A DNA stretch of 64,000 nt from Acidobacteriota bacterium (GTDB lineage: Bacteria > Acidobacteriota > UBA6911 > JACQSX01): contig DASXQR010000163.1 of assembly GCA_036507075.1 (NCBI GenBank), positions 1,818 to 65,817 on the forward strand, given 5' to 3'. The notes beneath the pieces are model-generated. The model made no database searches. It saw only the letters and a program-made list of their open reading frames with translations, and was not told the origin of the DNA. Made by a program: the position numbers and the translations under genes. The first letter of the stretch is position 1, and every line of letters begins with the position of its first letter. Positions 36,946 to 47,488 of the stretch are shown one piece after another.

Positions 36946-38871
36946 ATGAGCAAGCAAACCCACCACTTCTACGAATTTGGCCCCTTCTCCCTCGATGCCG
37001 AGAGGCGACTGTTGCAGCGCAATGGCGACACCATTTCGCTGCCGCCGAAAGTATTGGACACGCTTCTTGCCCTCATTAAGAACAGGGAAGACGCGCTTAC
37101 CAAGGACGAACTGCTCAATCTGGTGTGGGGTGAAACGATCGTGGAGGAGGGGGGGCTCGCCCGGAACGTGTCTCTCTTGAGGAAAGCCCTGGGGGAGCGG
37201 CCCGACGACCATCACTACATTGTGACGGTGCCTGGCCGAGGGTATCAGTTTGTGGCGGATGTGACGGAGAAATGGGAGAACGGCAAGGAATCATCCGAAC
37301 CCATGCCGGCCGCAACGAAAAGTGGCTTGAGGCCGAAGGGGATTCTCTCGGCGCATCGCCGGCTGATTCTGGGAGGATTGGCCGCACTCGCCCTCGGGAT
37401 CCCGGCGTACCTGTTGATTTCTCGGATCATTCTCGAGCTAACGCAACCCGAAATCAGATCGCTGGCGGTGTTGCCCCTACAAAACCTGTCGGGCGATCCC
37501 GAACAGGAATACTTTGCCGATGGGATGACCGAAGCACTTATTGGAAGTCTCGCACAGATGCGCGCGCTCCGTGTTGCCTCCCGAACTGCTGTGATGCGCT
37601 TCAAGGGAAGCAAAAAACCGCTCCAGGAGATTTCGCGCGACCTGAAGGCGGATACCCTGATTGTCGGGTCGGTGCAGCCGGCGGGTGGGCGGGTCAAAAT
37701 CATGATTGAGTTGATCGACGGGCGCACCGATACGCACCTGTGGGCGCGCGACTACGATCTGGAAACGACGAATGTCCTGAAGTTGCAGGCCGAGGTGGCG
37801 CGAGATGTCGTCAGACGGATCAGGATCAAGCTGTCGCCGCAGGAGGAGGTACGCCTCGGGAGCGCTCTCCCGGTAAACCCGGAAGCTTATGATTACTATC
37901 TACGGGGACGGTATTATTCCAACCGACAAAACAAGGAAGACAACGAAGCTGCTGTCGTGAGTCTTGAGCGCGCTGTGGCCGTTGACTCGACGTTTGCTTC
38001 GGCCTATGCAGAACTCGCTCAGGCGTACGTGTGGAAGTTCTTTTTATTTGCGCCACAGGAAAGAAAGTGGGAGGAGAAGGCTTTCGTGGCGGCTGAGAAG
38101 GCACTTTCGTTAGATCCGGATCTGCCCATGGCTTATCTGGCGAGGGGACGCCTCCTCTGGACGCCCGCCAACCATTTTCCTCACGAGAGGGCCATTCACG
38201 AATATCGCCGCGCGCTGGATTTGAACCCGGAACTGGATGAAGCTCGAAATCAGCTTGCGCTTATTTATTGTCATATCGGGCTTTTCGATGAAGCGCTCCA
38301 GGAATCGCAAAAAGCGCTCGAGACCAATCCGAGCAATAACCTGGCGGTATATCGAACGGCACAGACGCTGATATTTCAGGGGAGGTATGAGCAAGGCCTA
38401 TCTGTTTTGCGGACCATCCCTGAGAAAGTCAATCCTGCGCTGGTTGGATACCAGATTCCCTGGGCCCTGTTCAATCTCGGGAGGAAGGAGGAGGCATCCG
38501 GCAGGCTCGAGCATGTGTTGAAGGAATACCCTGAAGACAGTGGCGGGCTGTATACGAGCCTGCAGGCGCTTCTAACGGCTTCAATCGGTCAAGAACGTCA
38601 GGCGGAGAAAAGGATCAACGAGGCGGTAGAACGGGGCAAAGGATTCGGCCACTTTCATCATACGGCCTATCACATCGCTTGTGCCTATGCGCTCATGAAC
38701 AAACCTGAGCCGGCCATCAAGTGGTTGGAGGCGGCCGCCCAGGATGGGTTCCCCTGTTATCCGTTGTTTGAGCGGGATGCTAATTTGGACAACCTGCGCC
38801 GAGATGTCCGCTTCATAAGGTCCATGGCACGCTTAAGGCAACAGTGGGAGCGCTACAGAACCCTGTTTTGA
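36946..38871 (+). CDS. Transmembrane regulator: CadC-like wHTH, TM, TolB-N-like domain, TPRs
   Basis: YEFGPFSLD...LRKALG...[11 protein letters not shown], a TM helix, [25 protein letters not shown], and TPR repeats. Confidence 0.9.
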   Translation: MSKQTHHFYEFGPFSLDAERRLLQRNGDTISLPPKVLDTLLALIKNREDALTKDELLNLVWGETIVEEGGLARNVSLLRKALGERPDDHHYIVTVPGRGYQFVADVTEKWENGKESSEPMPAATKSGLRPKGILSAHRRLILGGLAALALGIPAYLLISRIILELTQPEIRSLAVLPLQNLSGDPEQEYFADGMTEALIGSLAQMRALRVASRTAVMRFKGSKKPLQEISRDLKADTLIVGSVQPAGGRVKIMIELIDGRTDTHLWARDYDLETTNVLKLQAEVARDVVRRIRIKLSPQEEVRLGSALPVNPEAYDYYLRGRYYSNRQNKEDNEAAVVSLERAVAVDSTFASAYAELAQAYVWKFFLFAPQERKWEEKAFVAAEKALSLDPDLPMAYLARGRLLWTPANHFPHERAIHEYRRALDLNPELDEARNQLALIYCHIGLFDEALQESQKALETNPSNNLAVYRTAQTLIFQGRYEQGLSVLRTIPEKVNPALVGYQIPWALFNLGRKEEASGRLEHVLKEYPEDSGGLYTSLQALLTASIGQERQAEKRINEAVERGKGFGHFHHTAYHIACAYALMNKPEPAIKWLEAAAQDGFPCYPLFERDANLDNLRRDVRFIRSMARLRQQWERYRTLF

Positions 38872-38883
38872 TCGGTGTTTTCG
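38861..38883 (+). repeat. 23-bp direct repeat, left copy (CCCTGTTTTGATCGGTGTTTTCG)
   Basis: Identical to 40793-40815. Overlaps the stop codon of the regulator. Confidence 0.85.
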
Positions 38884-39024
38884 CGGCCGCTCTCCGATGA
38901 CTCACGGATCCAGTCGAGGCACAACCGGCGTGAGACGAGGAATTTGGTTATTTTTTGTGCACTTCAAACAATTGACCGTGCGCCTCGGTCGGTCGCGGTT
39001 TGCGCTCGGTTAGTTTGCAAACGC

Positions 39025-39387
39025 ATGATCCGCGAAATCGGATGTCGCGGAACGAGTGCTCGGCGGGGGTTCATCAACTTCGGGGAGGGTAAGGACAACC
39101 AAATGTCTTTTCTCGTCGACACTGGTGCAAGCGACTCGATGGCGCCAGCTGCAGAGCTCAGGAAGATAGGCGTGCAACCTGTGGGAAAGAGGACCTACGA
39201 ACTGGCGGATGGTACGATACACGAGTACCCGTTCGGACTGGTTGAAATTAGATTTATGGGCGAGGTGACTGCCGGTCGGGTGATCTTCGGCCCGGATAAT
39301 GTAGAGCCTTTACTCGGCACTACGGCGCTTGATTCAGCGGGTGTTACAGTTGATCCACGCGGCCAGACCCTGAGACGACTGCCTGCC
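39025..39387 (+). pseudogene. Clan AA aspartyl protease (AF_0612-like) lacking its own stop codon
   Basis: FLVDTGAS catalytic motif, [15 protein letters not shown] and RRLPA, then read-through into antisense kinase DNA. N-terminus atypical. Confidence 0.65.
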
Positions 39388-39908
39388 TCGGTTGGCAAAG
39401 CCGTCACCCTCGCCACTTCCGGTTCTGGCCGCCGTTCTGCCACTAGTTTGGCTAGCCCAAAGTCAAGAACCTTGGCTTGGCCGCGGACGGTAATGAAAAT
39501 GTTGGCAGGTTTGATGTCCCGATGCACAATCCCTTTTGAGTGCGCGGCATCGAGCGCATCGGCAATCTGAATTGCCAATTCCAGCAATTGGTCCGTCCGA
39601 AACGGCTTTCGCACCATGCGCGGTTTGAGCGTCTGGCCTTCGAGCAGTTCCATGACCATGAATGGCTGGTCTTCGTACACTCCAATGTCGTAAATGGTGC
39701 AGATATTAGGATGGTTCAAGGCAGAGGCAGCACGGGCTTCGCGTTGGAAACGTTCCAGCGCCTGACGGTCCCGCGAGAAGTCTTCGGGGAGGAATTTCAG
39801 CGCCACGTAGCGGCCGAGCCGAGGATCTTCGGCCTTGTAGACGACCCCCATGCCGCCGCCACCGAGCTTCTGCAGAACACGGTAGTGGGAAATCGTCTTG
39901 CCGATCAT
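39385..39908 (-). pseudogene. 3'-truncated Hanks-type Ser/Thr protein kinase
   Basis: [22 protein letters not shown] and DFG are present. No APE motif or later subdomains; the frame runs into the antisense protease sequence. Confidence 0.8.
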
Positions 39909-40113
39909 TCAAAGAGATCTCCGTCCGGAAAAGGCAATGGCACGATTATATCAAGAACGACTTGATCCTTAGTCTGTCACTGCGGCATTCCGTAAATAGT
40001 TGCAAGTGTTAGATTCTGATCCAAGCAAGTGCAGTTTTCGCAGACCCTCCTAATTCAGAATGGGCGGATCAGTTGTTTTAATTGGCGATCTGACCCGACG
40101 CTTCGCCTTACGC

Positions 40114-40142
40114 TTGACGTAACGCGTATTAAACGTTACTCT
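40114..40142 (+). promoter_or_regulatory. higBA promoter, predicted leaderless transcript
   Basis: TTGACG-N17-TACTCT, with the ATG 5 nt after the -10 box and no RBS. An imperfect palindrome (ACGT...ACGT) spans the spacer. Confidence 0.65.
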
Positions 40143-40147
40143 AGGAA

Positions 40148-40432
40148 ATGATCGTCAGCTATCGGAATAAACGCACTAGAGGTTTTGCTGTCGGAAAAAA
40201 AGTCAAAGCCTTTTCTGGGATCGAGCGTGCGGCGCACCTGAAGCTTGATCGTCTCGAAGCCGCAGTCATCCTGAAAGATCTGGCTGCCTTACCGGGCAAT
40301 CGCTTTGAAGCGTTAGTAGGGGATCGGAAGGGCCAGTACAGCATCCGTATTAATGATCAATGGCGTATCTGTTTTGAGTGGCCCGATAAATCCCCTGGTC
40401 CCGAGAATGTAGAGATTGTTGATTATCACTAG
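40148..40432 (+). CDS. higB: HigB toxin (RelE/ParE superfamily)
   Basis: LPGNRFEALVGDRKGQYSIRINDQWRICF and terminal VEIVDYH. Confidence 0.93.
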   Translation: MIVSYRNKRTRGFAVGKKVKAFSGIERAAHLKLDRLEAAVILKDLAALPGNRFEALVGDRKGQYSIRINDQWRICFEWPDKSPGPENVEIVDYH

Positions 40433-40442
40433 GAGAAGCGTT

Positions 40443-40745
40443 ATGGCACTTACGGCTATCCACCCAGGGGAACATTTAGCCGAAGAATTGGAGGCGTTGA
40501 ATATGAGCGCTGCGGCGTTGGCGCGCCAGCTCAAAGTACCTACGAATCGTATCACCGAGATCATAAATGGACAGCGCGCCATCACGGGAGACACAGCGCT
40601 GCGTTTGGCCCATTTCTTCGGCACAACCGCGGAGTTTTGGTTGAATCTGCAGAGCCTATACCAACTGCGGGTAGCGGAGCACAAGGCAGGCAAGTCCATC
40701 AAAGCGCTGCCGAGACTTAAACGCCAGGAACCTATCCCGGTCTGA
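40443..40745 (+). CDS. higA: HigA antitoxin (XRE HTH)
   Basis: IHPGEHL, RAITGDTALRLAHFFGTTAEFWLNLQ; downstream of the toxin. Confidence 0.93.
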   Translation: MALTAIHPGEHLAEELEALNMSAAALARQLKVPTNRITEIINGQRAITGDTALRLAHFFGTTAEFWLNLQSLYQLRVAEHKAGKSIKALPRLKRQEPIPV

Positions 40746-40792
40746 TATGTGTCCCGGAATCGGCGATCCCACAAAATCACGCGACCGCCCCT

Positions 40793-40815
40793 CCCTGTTT
40801 TGATCGGTGTTTTCG
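40793..40815 (+). repeat. 23-bp direct repeat, right copy
   Basis: Identical to 38861-38883. Confidence 0.85.
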
Positions 40816-40816
40816 T

Positions 40817-40854
40817 AAAAAAGGGGTCTAAAAAAAGGGTCTGTCCCCCTTTTG
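40817..40854. repeat. Distal REP copy (AAGGGGTCTAAAAAAAGGGTCTGTCCCCCTTTT)
   Basis: Shares GGGGTCTAAAA and TGTCCCCCTTT with the right RAYT array. Confidence 0.7.
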
Positions 40855-40902
40855 GCCAGGGATCTTATTCATTTCACGCTTTCGCGCCTTCGCGGTTCCG
40901 GC

Positions 40903-42366
40903 TCAGGCGAGGATCTTTGACACCACTTCGCCATGGACGTCTGTGAGGCGGAAATGACGGCCCTGGAATTTGTACGTCAGCAAAGTGTGGTCAATGCCAA
41001 GGCAGTGAAGGATAGTGGCCTGCAGGTCGTGGACATGTACCGGATCAGAGATGATGTTGTATCCGTAGTCGTCGGTTTCGCCCAGCGTAAACCCCCGTTT
41101 GATGCCGCCTCCCGCCGCCCACATGGTGAAACAGCGCGGATGATGGTCACGTCCGTAGTTGTGTTCCGTCAATTTGCCCTGACAATAAACGGTGCGCCCA
41201 AATTCCCCGCCCCAGATCACCAGCGTGTCATCGAGCATTCCACGCTGCTTCAAATCCTGAATCAGTGCCGCGGTGGGCTGATCAGTCCCCTGGCATTGCA
41301 GCGACAAATCGCGCGGCAGATCGACGTGCTGGTCCCACCCGCGATGATAAAGCTGGATGAAACGAACATTGCGCTCCGCCAGTCTTCGCGCCAGCAGGCA
41401 ATTGGCCGCATACGTGCCGGGCTTTCGCGAATCGGGTCCATACAGCTTGAAGATGTGATCCGGCTCGCCGGAAAGATTCATCAGGTCAGGAACCGATGTT
41501 TGCATACGGTAGGCGAGCTCGTATTGGGAAATGCGCGTGTCGATTTCCGGATCCGCATACGATTCCGCCTTGATATGGTTTAATTGGGCTACGGCGTCGA
41601 GCATTTGCCGCCGCGTAGTGCGATTGATTCCCGGCGGATCATTCAGATACAGCACCGGATCGGCGGCCGATCGAAAACGCACCCCCTGGTGGCTCGACGG
41701 AAGAAATCCGCTTCCCCAAAGACGTGAAAACAAAGGCTGATCCGTGTTCAAACCGTTAGCCTGCGAAATCAGCACCACAAACGCGGGCATGTCCTGATTC
41801 TCCGTACCCAGTCCGTAGCTGATCCATGCGCCGATGCTGGGACGTCCCGGCTGCTGGCTTCCACTTTGAATGAAAGTGATCGCCGGGTCGTGATTAATCG
41901 CATCGGTGTTTACCGTCCTGATGATGGTGATGTCGTCGACAACCTTTGCCGTGTGCGGAAGCAGCTCGCTCAGCCACACTCCGGATTTGCCGTGCCGGCT
42001 GAACTTGAACAGGGATTGAACCACCGGGAATCTCGGCTGGCCTGAAGTCATGCCGGTGATGCGCTGACCCATGCGCACCGAATCGGGCAGGTCTGTGTCA
42101 TGTAACTTGGTGAGAGCCGGCTTGTAATCGAACAAGTCCAGTTGCGAAGGGCCGCCGGACTGGTGCAGGTAGATAACACGCTTAGCCGTTGGCTTGAAGT
42201 GCGGCAAACCTTTCAGACCGCCGTTGCCTGCCTGAGCTGTCGAAATCGCGGCAAACAGATCAGGGTGCAATGCCGCCGCCAGCGCCGCCACGCCGATCCC
42301 TTTGCTGGCAAGACCAAATAGCTGCCGACGCGTCATGGCGAGCTGGAATTCTTTATCGATTGTCAT
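40903..42366 (-). CDS. DUF1501 family (sulfatase-like, Tat) protein
   Basis: TRRQLF twin-arginine, AKRVIYLHQSGGPSQLDLFD, WGGEFGRT, GRDHHP, and VHVHDLQAT. Confidence 0.9.
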   Translation of the reverse strand: MTIDKEFQLAMTRRQLFGLASKGIGVAALAAALHPDLFAAISTAQAGNGGLKGLPHFKPTAKRVIYLHQSGGPSQLDLFDYKPALTKLHDTDLPDSVRMGQRITGMTSGQPRFPVVQSLFKFSRHGKSGVWLSELLPHTAKVVDDITIIRTVNTDAINHDPAITFIQSGSQQPGRPSIGAWISYGLGTENQDMPAFVVLISQANGLNTDQPLFSRLWGSGFLPSSHQGVRFRSAADPVLYLNDPPGINRTTRRQMLDAVAQLNHIKAESYADPEIDTRISQYELAYRMQTSVPDLMNLSGEPDHIFKLYGPDSRKPGTYAANCLLARRLAERNVRFIQLYHRGWDQHVDLPRDLSLQCQGTDQPTAALIQDLKQRGMLDDTLVIWGGEFGRTVYCQGKLTEHNYGRDHHPRCFTMWAAGGGIKRGFTLGETDDYGYNIISDPVHVHDLQATILHCLGIDHTLLTYKFQGRHFRLTDVHGEVVSKILA

Positions 42367-42374
42367 GGTGCTGA

Positions 42375-42440
42375 TCCTTGGTGATCTTTGTGCCTTTGTG
42401 GTGGAAGGAATTTTTCACCACAAAGACACGAAGTACACAA
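42375..42440. repeat. Palindrome of the CACCACAAAGACAC family
   Basis: CTTTGTGCCTTTGTGGTG...CACCACAAAGACACGAAG. Confidence 0.65.
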
Positions 42441-42442
42441 AG

Positions 42443-45400
42443 CTACTCCTTGGTTATCGTCTCATCCAGATTCAAAATCGCTCCTGCCACAACGGTCCAT
42501 GAAGCCAGCTCCGACGGGTCAAGTTTATGATCCGCCGCAGAATCTCCGACGCGCAGCAGTTCGAGCGCCGATGCCCGATCGCGGCCGTACCGCTTCCGTT
42601 CCTGCCGCAGAAGCTTCTCAAGAATGCGGCGCTCCGCGGTTGAAGGCGGGCGCGCCGTGGCAAGGAAAAAGGCGTAATCAACCCGCGCGCGCTCCGTCTT
42701 GCCAGCCTCGCGCAGCGTCCGCTGTGCGAGGGCTCGCGCCGCTTCCACGTAGGTCGGGTCATTCATCAAAACCAGCGCCTGCAGCGGCGTATTGGTCACG
42801 GCCCGGCGCGCAGTGCACTTCTCGCGATCAGGCGCATCAAAAGTGGCCATCGACGGCGGAGGAACAGTGCGTTTTAAGAACGTGTAAAGACTGCGGCGGT
42901 ACAAATCCTTCCCCCGGGCAGGCGTGTAGGACTGCGCCGAATAGCCGGCGCCGAACGCCGTTTCCTCCCACAGCCCCTGCGGCTGATAGGGAAAAACCCC
43001 CGGGCCGCCCATCTCGGGATTGAGCAGCCCCCCGGCGGCGAGCGCGCCGTCGCGTATCATTTCGGCGGGAAGCCGGAAGCGAGGCCCGCGCGCCAGTAGC
43101 CGGTTTTCCGGATCCTTTTCGCGCAGTGCCGGCGTCAGCCTGGATGATTGCCGGTAGGTTGCCGATGTAACGATCAGTCGTTGCATGGCGCGAATATCCC
43201 ACCCGCTGCGGATGAACTCGGTCGCCAGCCAGTCGAGCAGCTCTGGATGGCTGGGAGCATCTCCCTGCAGCCCGAAATCTTCGGAAGTCTTGACGATTCC
43301 CTGTCCAAAATACATCTGCCAGAAATGATTCACAGCGACGCGGGCAGTCAGCGGATGCGCTGGATCGACCAGCCAGCGCGCCAGGGTAAGCCGGTTGGGC
43401 GGCGCCTCTGCGGGAAGGGGCGGCAGCACGGACGGAACTCCCGGGCTGACCTTTTCGGTTTTGTTCCGATAATCTCCTCGCGTCAAGAAAAAGGTATCCC
43501 GCGGCTTCTTCATTTCCGACATAACCATCACGCTTGGGATGGTTTTTTCCAGTTCGTCACGAGTCTTTTTCAGACCAACCAATTCAGAATAGGCGGTACG
43601 CATGGGCTTGGACGCAGCATAGGTGAGGAAGTAATCGCGCAAGCGCACGCTCTCTTCTTCAGTTGCTTTGCCGTTCACGCCCGAAAGAATCACCTGCACA
43701 GGAAAATGAATCGCCAACTGGTCCACTTCCACGGCGCTCAGAACGCGATCATAAATTCGGAGATCGTCGAGGTTACCCTTGAAGGGTTCGCCGATGTTCT
43801 TATTTCCGATCTGAAGCTCGGCAGCGTTTCCGACAGGACCGGTGAGCCGGTCCTGTATTACTTCAACCTCGGCCGGCTTGCCATTCACGTACACCTTCAA
43901 TCCGGCAGCCTTGCACGAGCCGTCGTAGGTGAACGTGATTTGATGCCATTCAGCCAGGGCGAAGTGCTCGGCGGTGCGAAGTTCGATTCGATTTTCAGGC
44001 CATTGTGACGTCAATCGGAACACCACGCGTGCCGCACGCTTCTGGGGACCGGTCAGGATGAGGTCGTCGAGCCACATTTCATAGCCGCGCCGTGTCACCG
44101 GATCTTCAATCTTTTGAAAAACGGAAATCGGCAGACTGGTGGATCCTCGCATCCAGACAGCAATGCTGAAAGGACTGGTATGTTCAAACGAGCCAACCGA
44201 GTCGAAAGCGACAATAGAGTCTCCATCGAATGTCACTGCGCGGCCGACCGGACCAGCTCCAAATGTCGGATCGCCGCGGACAGTACGCCCATGGAGATAA
44301 TGACCGGACACGTCCGACAAACTGCCGTTCATTTCGTACTGCGCGATCAGTCCTTCGCGGGAAGCCAGAGCCGTTTTTCCCGCCAGTGTCGTTTCCCAGG
44401 CTTCCTGTTCCGGCTTGACACAAGCGTCGGAAAGCGCTTCTGCCTTTTCCTTAATGGTAGCTTCCAGTTCCTCCATGCGCGCTTTCTGCGTCGAATTCGG
44501 CAGCTTCAGGATCGGATCGGCGTTGCCGTTCCTTCCGTCCAATCCTTTCTCAGCGACGGTATTGAAGAAAGCGAAGAATTGATAGAACTCGTGCTGCGTG
44601 ATCGGATCATGCTTGTGACTGTGGCAGCGCGCGCAGCCTATCGTCATCCCCATCCAGGTGGTGGCGGTCGTTTCCACGCGGTCCGCGACGTATTCGACCA
44701 GATACTCCTCCGGGATTGCGCCGCCTTCGAAATTGATCATGTGGTTGCGATTGAAGCCTGAGGCGATCTTCTGCTCGATTGTGGCATCGGGCAGCAGGTC
44801 TCCGGCGAGTTGCTCGACCGTGAACTGATCAAAGGGCATGTTGCGGTTGAATGCCGAGACGACCCAGTCGCGCCACGCCCACATATCCCTGTGCGGATCA
44901 ATGTGGTATCCGTGCGTGTCCGCGTAGCGGGCCAAATCAAGCCATTGCATTGCCATTCGCTCGCCATAGTGCGGCGATTGCAGGAGCTGATCGACGCGTT
45001 TCTCGTAGGCACCCGGTGCCGTGTCGGCCAGAAAAGAACGGATCTCTAAAGGAGTCGGAGGAAGCCCGGTGAGATCAATGGTCACACGCCGCAGCAGCGT
45101 AGCCTTATCAGCTTCGGGAGAAGGCGTCATTCCTTCCGCGTCAAGTCTGGACAGGATGAAATAGTCGATCGAGTTTTTTGGCCAGGAAGAAATTATCGAT
45201 TTGTTTGTATCGTGCGCGGCGACGACATGGGGATCGGCGAAACGCCCCTTTTCGTTATCCCCCCCTTTCGCATTTGCGGGCTCCCGTTTTCCTGCCAATC
45301 CGGGAACGTCGGGTCGCTTCGGCGGCACATACGCCCAATGTATTTCCCAGCGTGCTCCTTCGTCGATCCAGCGTCGGAGCAATTCGACCTGGCGGGCAGT

Positions 45401-45787
45401 CAAGCTTCGCCCGGAGTCCGGCGGCGGCATCAACCGGTCAGGATTTTCTGAGGAAACACGCTGAACCAACTTGCTGTCCGCGGACTTCCCCGGAATAATC
45501 ACACCCGGTTTTCCGAACGCGACCTCTTTGATGTCAAAGCGCAGCCGCGCCTTCCGCTTTGCCTCGTCCGGCCCGTGACAGGGATAACAATTGTCGGAAA
45601 AAATCAGTCGGATGTCGCGATTGAACTCAACGGGAACCGCTGATGTTGTCGATGGCTGAGCCGGCGGCGGGTTTTTCCCCTGAGGAGGGCTGCCTTGGCC
45701 CGCAAATATCAGAAACGAACTGGCACAACTGACCAGCGTAGCGATGCCGAAAATCAGTGCCAGCCTCAATCGGGCGCTCAGTTGCAT
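42443..45787 (-). CDS. DUF1549/DUF1553 (PSCyt/PSD1) planctomycete-type cytochrome with LamG insertion
   Basis: Heme motifs CYPCHG and [35 protein letters not shown], and TNTPLQAL. Confidence 0.9.
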   Translation of the reverse strand: MQLSARLRLALIFGIATLVSCASSFLIFAGQGSPPQGKNPPPAQPSTTSAVPVEFNRDIRLIFSDNCYPCHGPDEAKRKARLRFDIKEVAFGKPGVIIPGKSADSKLVQRVSSENPDRLMPPPDSGRSLTARQVELLRRWIDEGARWEIHWAYVPPKRPDVPGLAGKREPANAKGGDNEKGRFADPHVVAAHDTNKSIISSWPKNSIDYFILSRLDAEGMTPSPEADKATLLRRVTIDLTGLPPTPLEIRSFLADTAPGAYEKRVDQLLQSPHYGERMAMQWLDLARYADTHGYHIDPHRDMWAWRDWVVSAFNRNMPFDQFTVEQLAGDLLPDATIEQKIASGFNRNHMINFEGGAIPEEYLVEYVADRVETTATTWMGMTIGCARCHSHKHDPITQHEFYQFFAFFNTVAEKGLDGRNGNADPILKLPNSTQKARMEELEATIKEKAEALSDACVKPEQEAWETTLAGKTALASREGLIAQYEMNGSLSDVSGHYLHGRTVRGDPTFGAGPVGRAVTFDGDSIVAFDSVGSFEHTSPFSIAVWMRGSTSLPISVFQKIEDPVTRRGYEMWLDDLILTGPQKRAARVVFRLTSQWPENRIELRTAEHFALAEWHQITFTYDGSCKAAGLKVYVNGKPAEVEVIQDRLTGPVGNAAELQIGNKNIGEPFKGNLDDLRIYDRVLSAVEVDQLAIHFPVQVILSGVNGKATEEESVRLRDYFLTYAASKPMRTAYSELVGLKKTRDELEKTIPSVMVMSEMKKPRDTFFLTRGDYRNKTEKVSPGVPSVLPPLPAEAPPNRLTLARWLVDPAHPLTARVAVNHFWQMYFGQGIVKTSEDFGLQGDAPSHPELLDWLATEFIRSGWDIRAMQRLIVTSATYRQSSRLTPALREKDPENRLLARGPRFRLPAEMIRDGALAAGGLLNPEMGGPGVFPYQPQGLWEETAFGAGYSAQSYTPARGKDLYRRSLYTFLKRTVPPPSMATFDAPDREKCTARRAVTNTPLQALVLMNDPTYVEAARALAQRTLREAGKTERARVDYAFFLATARPPSTAERRILEKLLRQERKRYGRDRASALELLRVGDSAADHKLDPSELASWTVVAGAILNLDETITKE

Positions 45788-46131
45788 CGAAAAAATACCT
45801 CCGCGATGAAAAAACCTGCCAGGGCGCTGCTTTGATATTAGCAATTATATTTCTTGCGTCGCCAGTTGACTTCCAAATTCTTTTCGACATTTCGCACCCC
45901 CCGGCCCGGTAGAGTCCACGATGTCTGAGCGCAAACGCAGTGAGCGACCCTCCAGGATAAGTCGTGATTGCAGCGCGAACTACTGTGTACTGAAGTGGCA
46001 TTCTGGATAGTCCCTCGCTTCGCTCGGGCTCTTGCGCAAGCCCTGATGTGATTATTTTCCGCGCGGGGAGTAGAATAAAGGCCGTTTTCTACGACAATTC
46101 CACTCTTGGCACAAGATTTTGGAGGTTCGAG

Positions 46132-46533
46132 ATGGCTAAAGTGAAGCGCACTACCTATTTCATGGCCAACCTGCAGGACAAACCTGGAGCGCTGCTCAAG
46201 GTTCTTCAGGATTTGAACACCAAAAAGATCTCGCTGGACGGTCTGTGGGGATTTGGCACTCATGGGGGACAGGCACAGTTATTCGTGGTGGCAAAGAATC
46301 CTGAAAAACTTAGAAGCGTATGGAAGACCTCCGGACTGCTGGCCGAGGAAGGCACCGGGTTCTTTGTCGAAGGCACCGACCGAGCGGGGGCGCTGATCAA
46401 AACGCTTGAAAAGATAGCTGCCGCCGGAATCAACATTCATGCCCTCGACGCGGTCGCCGTGAAAGGGCGTTTTGGCTCGTTCGTCTGGGTGGAAGGGGAT
46501 GTGGAAAAAGCTGCCAAGGCCCTCGGCGCCTGA
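46132..46533 (+). CDS. Tandem ACT-domain protein
   Basis: LQDKPGALLKVL and DRAGALIKTLEKIAAAGINI motifs; GGAGG RBS. Confidence 0.82.
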   Translation: MAKVKRTTYFMANLQDKPGALLKVLQDLNTKKISLDGLWGFGTHGGQAQLFVVAKNPEKLRSVWKTSGLLAEEGTGFFVEGTDRAGALIKTLEKIAAAGINIHALDAVAVKGRFGSFVWVEGDVEKAAKALGA

Positions 46534-46548
46534 CCACTTCGTTTTTCG

Positions 46549-46786
46549 TGTCAGTTGTGCGTGGTCAGTTGCCACTGGTCAGTTGCCACTGGTCAGTTGT
46601 CCGTGGTCAGTTGTTTTCTGTTCAGTGTTGTGAGATTGGGACCGGGACGATCCCAGTGTCGAGCCAAAATGCTTGTCCAGTCAATGCCAAGATCTACCAC
46701 AACGGACCACGGACAACGGACAACGGACAACTGACAACAGACAACGGACCACGGACACCACGGACCACTGACCACGGACGACGGAC
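46549..46786. repeat. Two complementary arrays of 7-9-bp tandem units (GTCAGTT/GTCCGTG versus CAACTGA/CACGGAC)
   Basis: Left array about 46549-46613, right array about 46699-46786, with about 85 bp of unique sequence between. Confidence 0.85.
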
Positions 46787-46824
46787 TACGCGATCGTTTT
46801 GCAGAACCAGGCTATACTCTGAGA

Positions 46825-47430
46825 GTGAAACCTCGCGGCCTTCCAGGCTTGATTCTTTTCGTTTCTGCGGGGGTGTTTTGCTCCGCCCAGACGACTTACA
46901 GGATCGCCCCCAGCAGCGTTATTACGATCGAATTATCCAGCAGCGGGCTGTTTAAATTCGCCGGACATAAACACCAGATAGACGCGCCCATCAGGCAAGG
47001 TTCGATCGGATATTTCCCGAGTAATCTGGAAAAGAGCTCCGTCGATCTGGAAGTGGCTTCAAAAGCGTTGCGGGTAGTGGACCCAAAGGCGGATGCCAAA
47101 GAAAGAGCGGAAGTGCAGCAGACGATGGAAGGTCCTAAAGTGCTGGACGTGGCGCGGTTTCCCAGAATTTCCTTCAAATCGCGGGCCGTCCGGCAGTTGG
47201 GCGATGGGCGTGTCCAACTCACGGGCGACTTGACCCTGCACGGAATCACGCGTCCTGTCACAGTCGTGGGAAAGTTCACCTCAAGTGGTTCTCGGCTGCA
47301 AGCCACCGGAAGCTGCCGCTTCAAGCAAACTGATTTCGGAATGAAGCCCGTAAAAGTGGGTGGCGGCACCGTCAGTGTGAAAGACGAGATCCAACTGAAT
47401 TTTCGGGTCGATGCGGCGTCCGGCCGCTGA
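46825..47430 (+). CDS. YceI family periplasmic protein
   Basis: Signal peptide, LDVARFPRISFKS, GDLTLHGITRPV, and FKQTDFGM. Confidence 0.9.
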   Translation: MKPRGLPGLILFVSAGVFCSAQTTYRIAPSSVITIELSSSGLFKFAGHKHQIDAPIRQGSIGYFPSNLEKSSVDLEVASKALRVVDPKADAKERAEVQQTMEGPKVLDVARFPRISFKSRAVRQLGDGRVQLTGDLTLHGITRPVTVVGKFTSSGSRLQATGSCRFKQTDFGMKPVKVGGGTVSVKDEIQLNFRVDAASGR

Positions 47431-47488
47431 TAGCAGCCCAACCACGCCGCACAAGGCCACCAAACAGAACACACCGTCGTAAAACTTT

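Noticed and set aside
38875-39570. 231-aa ORF as a genuine protease fusion
   Set aside because: Only the central part (about 39103-39387) is protease-like. The C-terminal part is antisense kinase sequence.
45195-45300. About 35-aa low-similarity stretch in the DUF1553 protein as an inserted element or intein
   Set aside because: There are no intein motifs or terminal repeats, and the position corresponds to a variable linker.
46549-46786. Tandem arrays here and at 60249-60330 as CRISPR or coding repeats (ORFs 46548..46955 and 46593..46775)
   Set aside because: The units are 7-9 bp without spacers, and the ORFs are low-complexity translations (TTDNGQ) with no RBS support.
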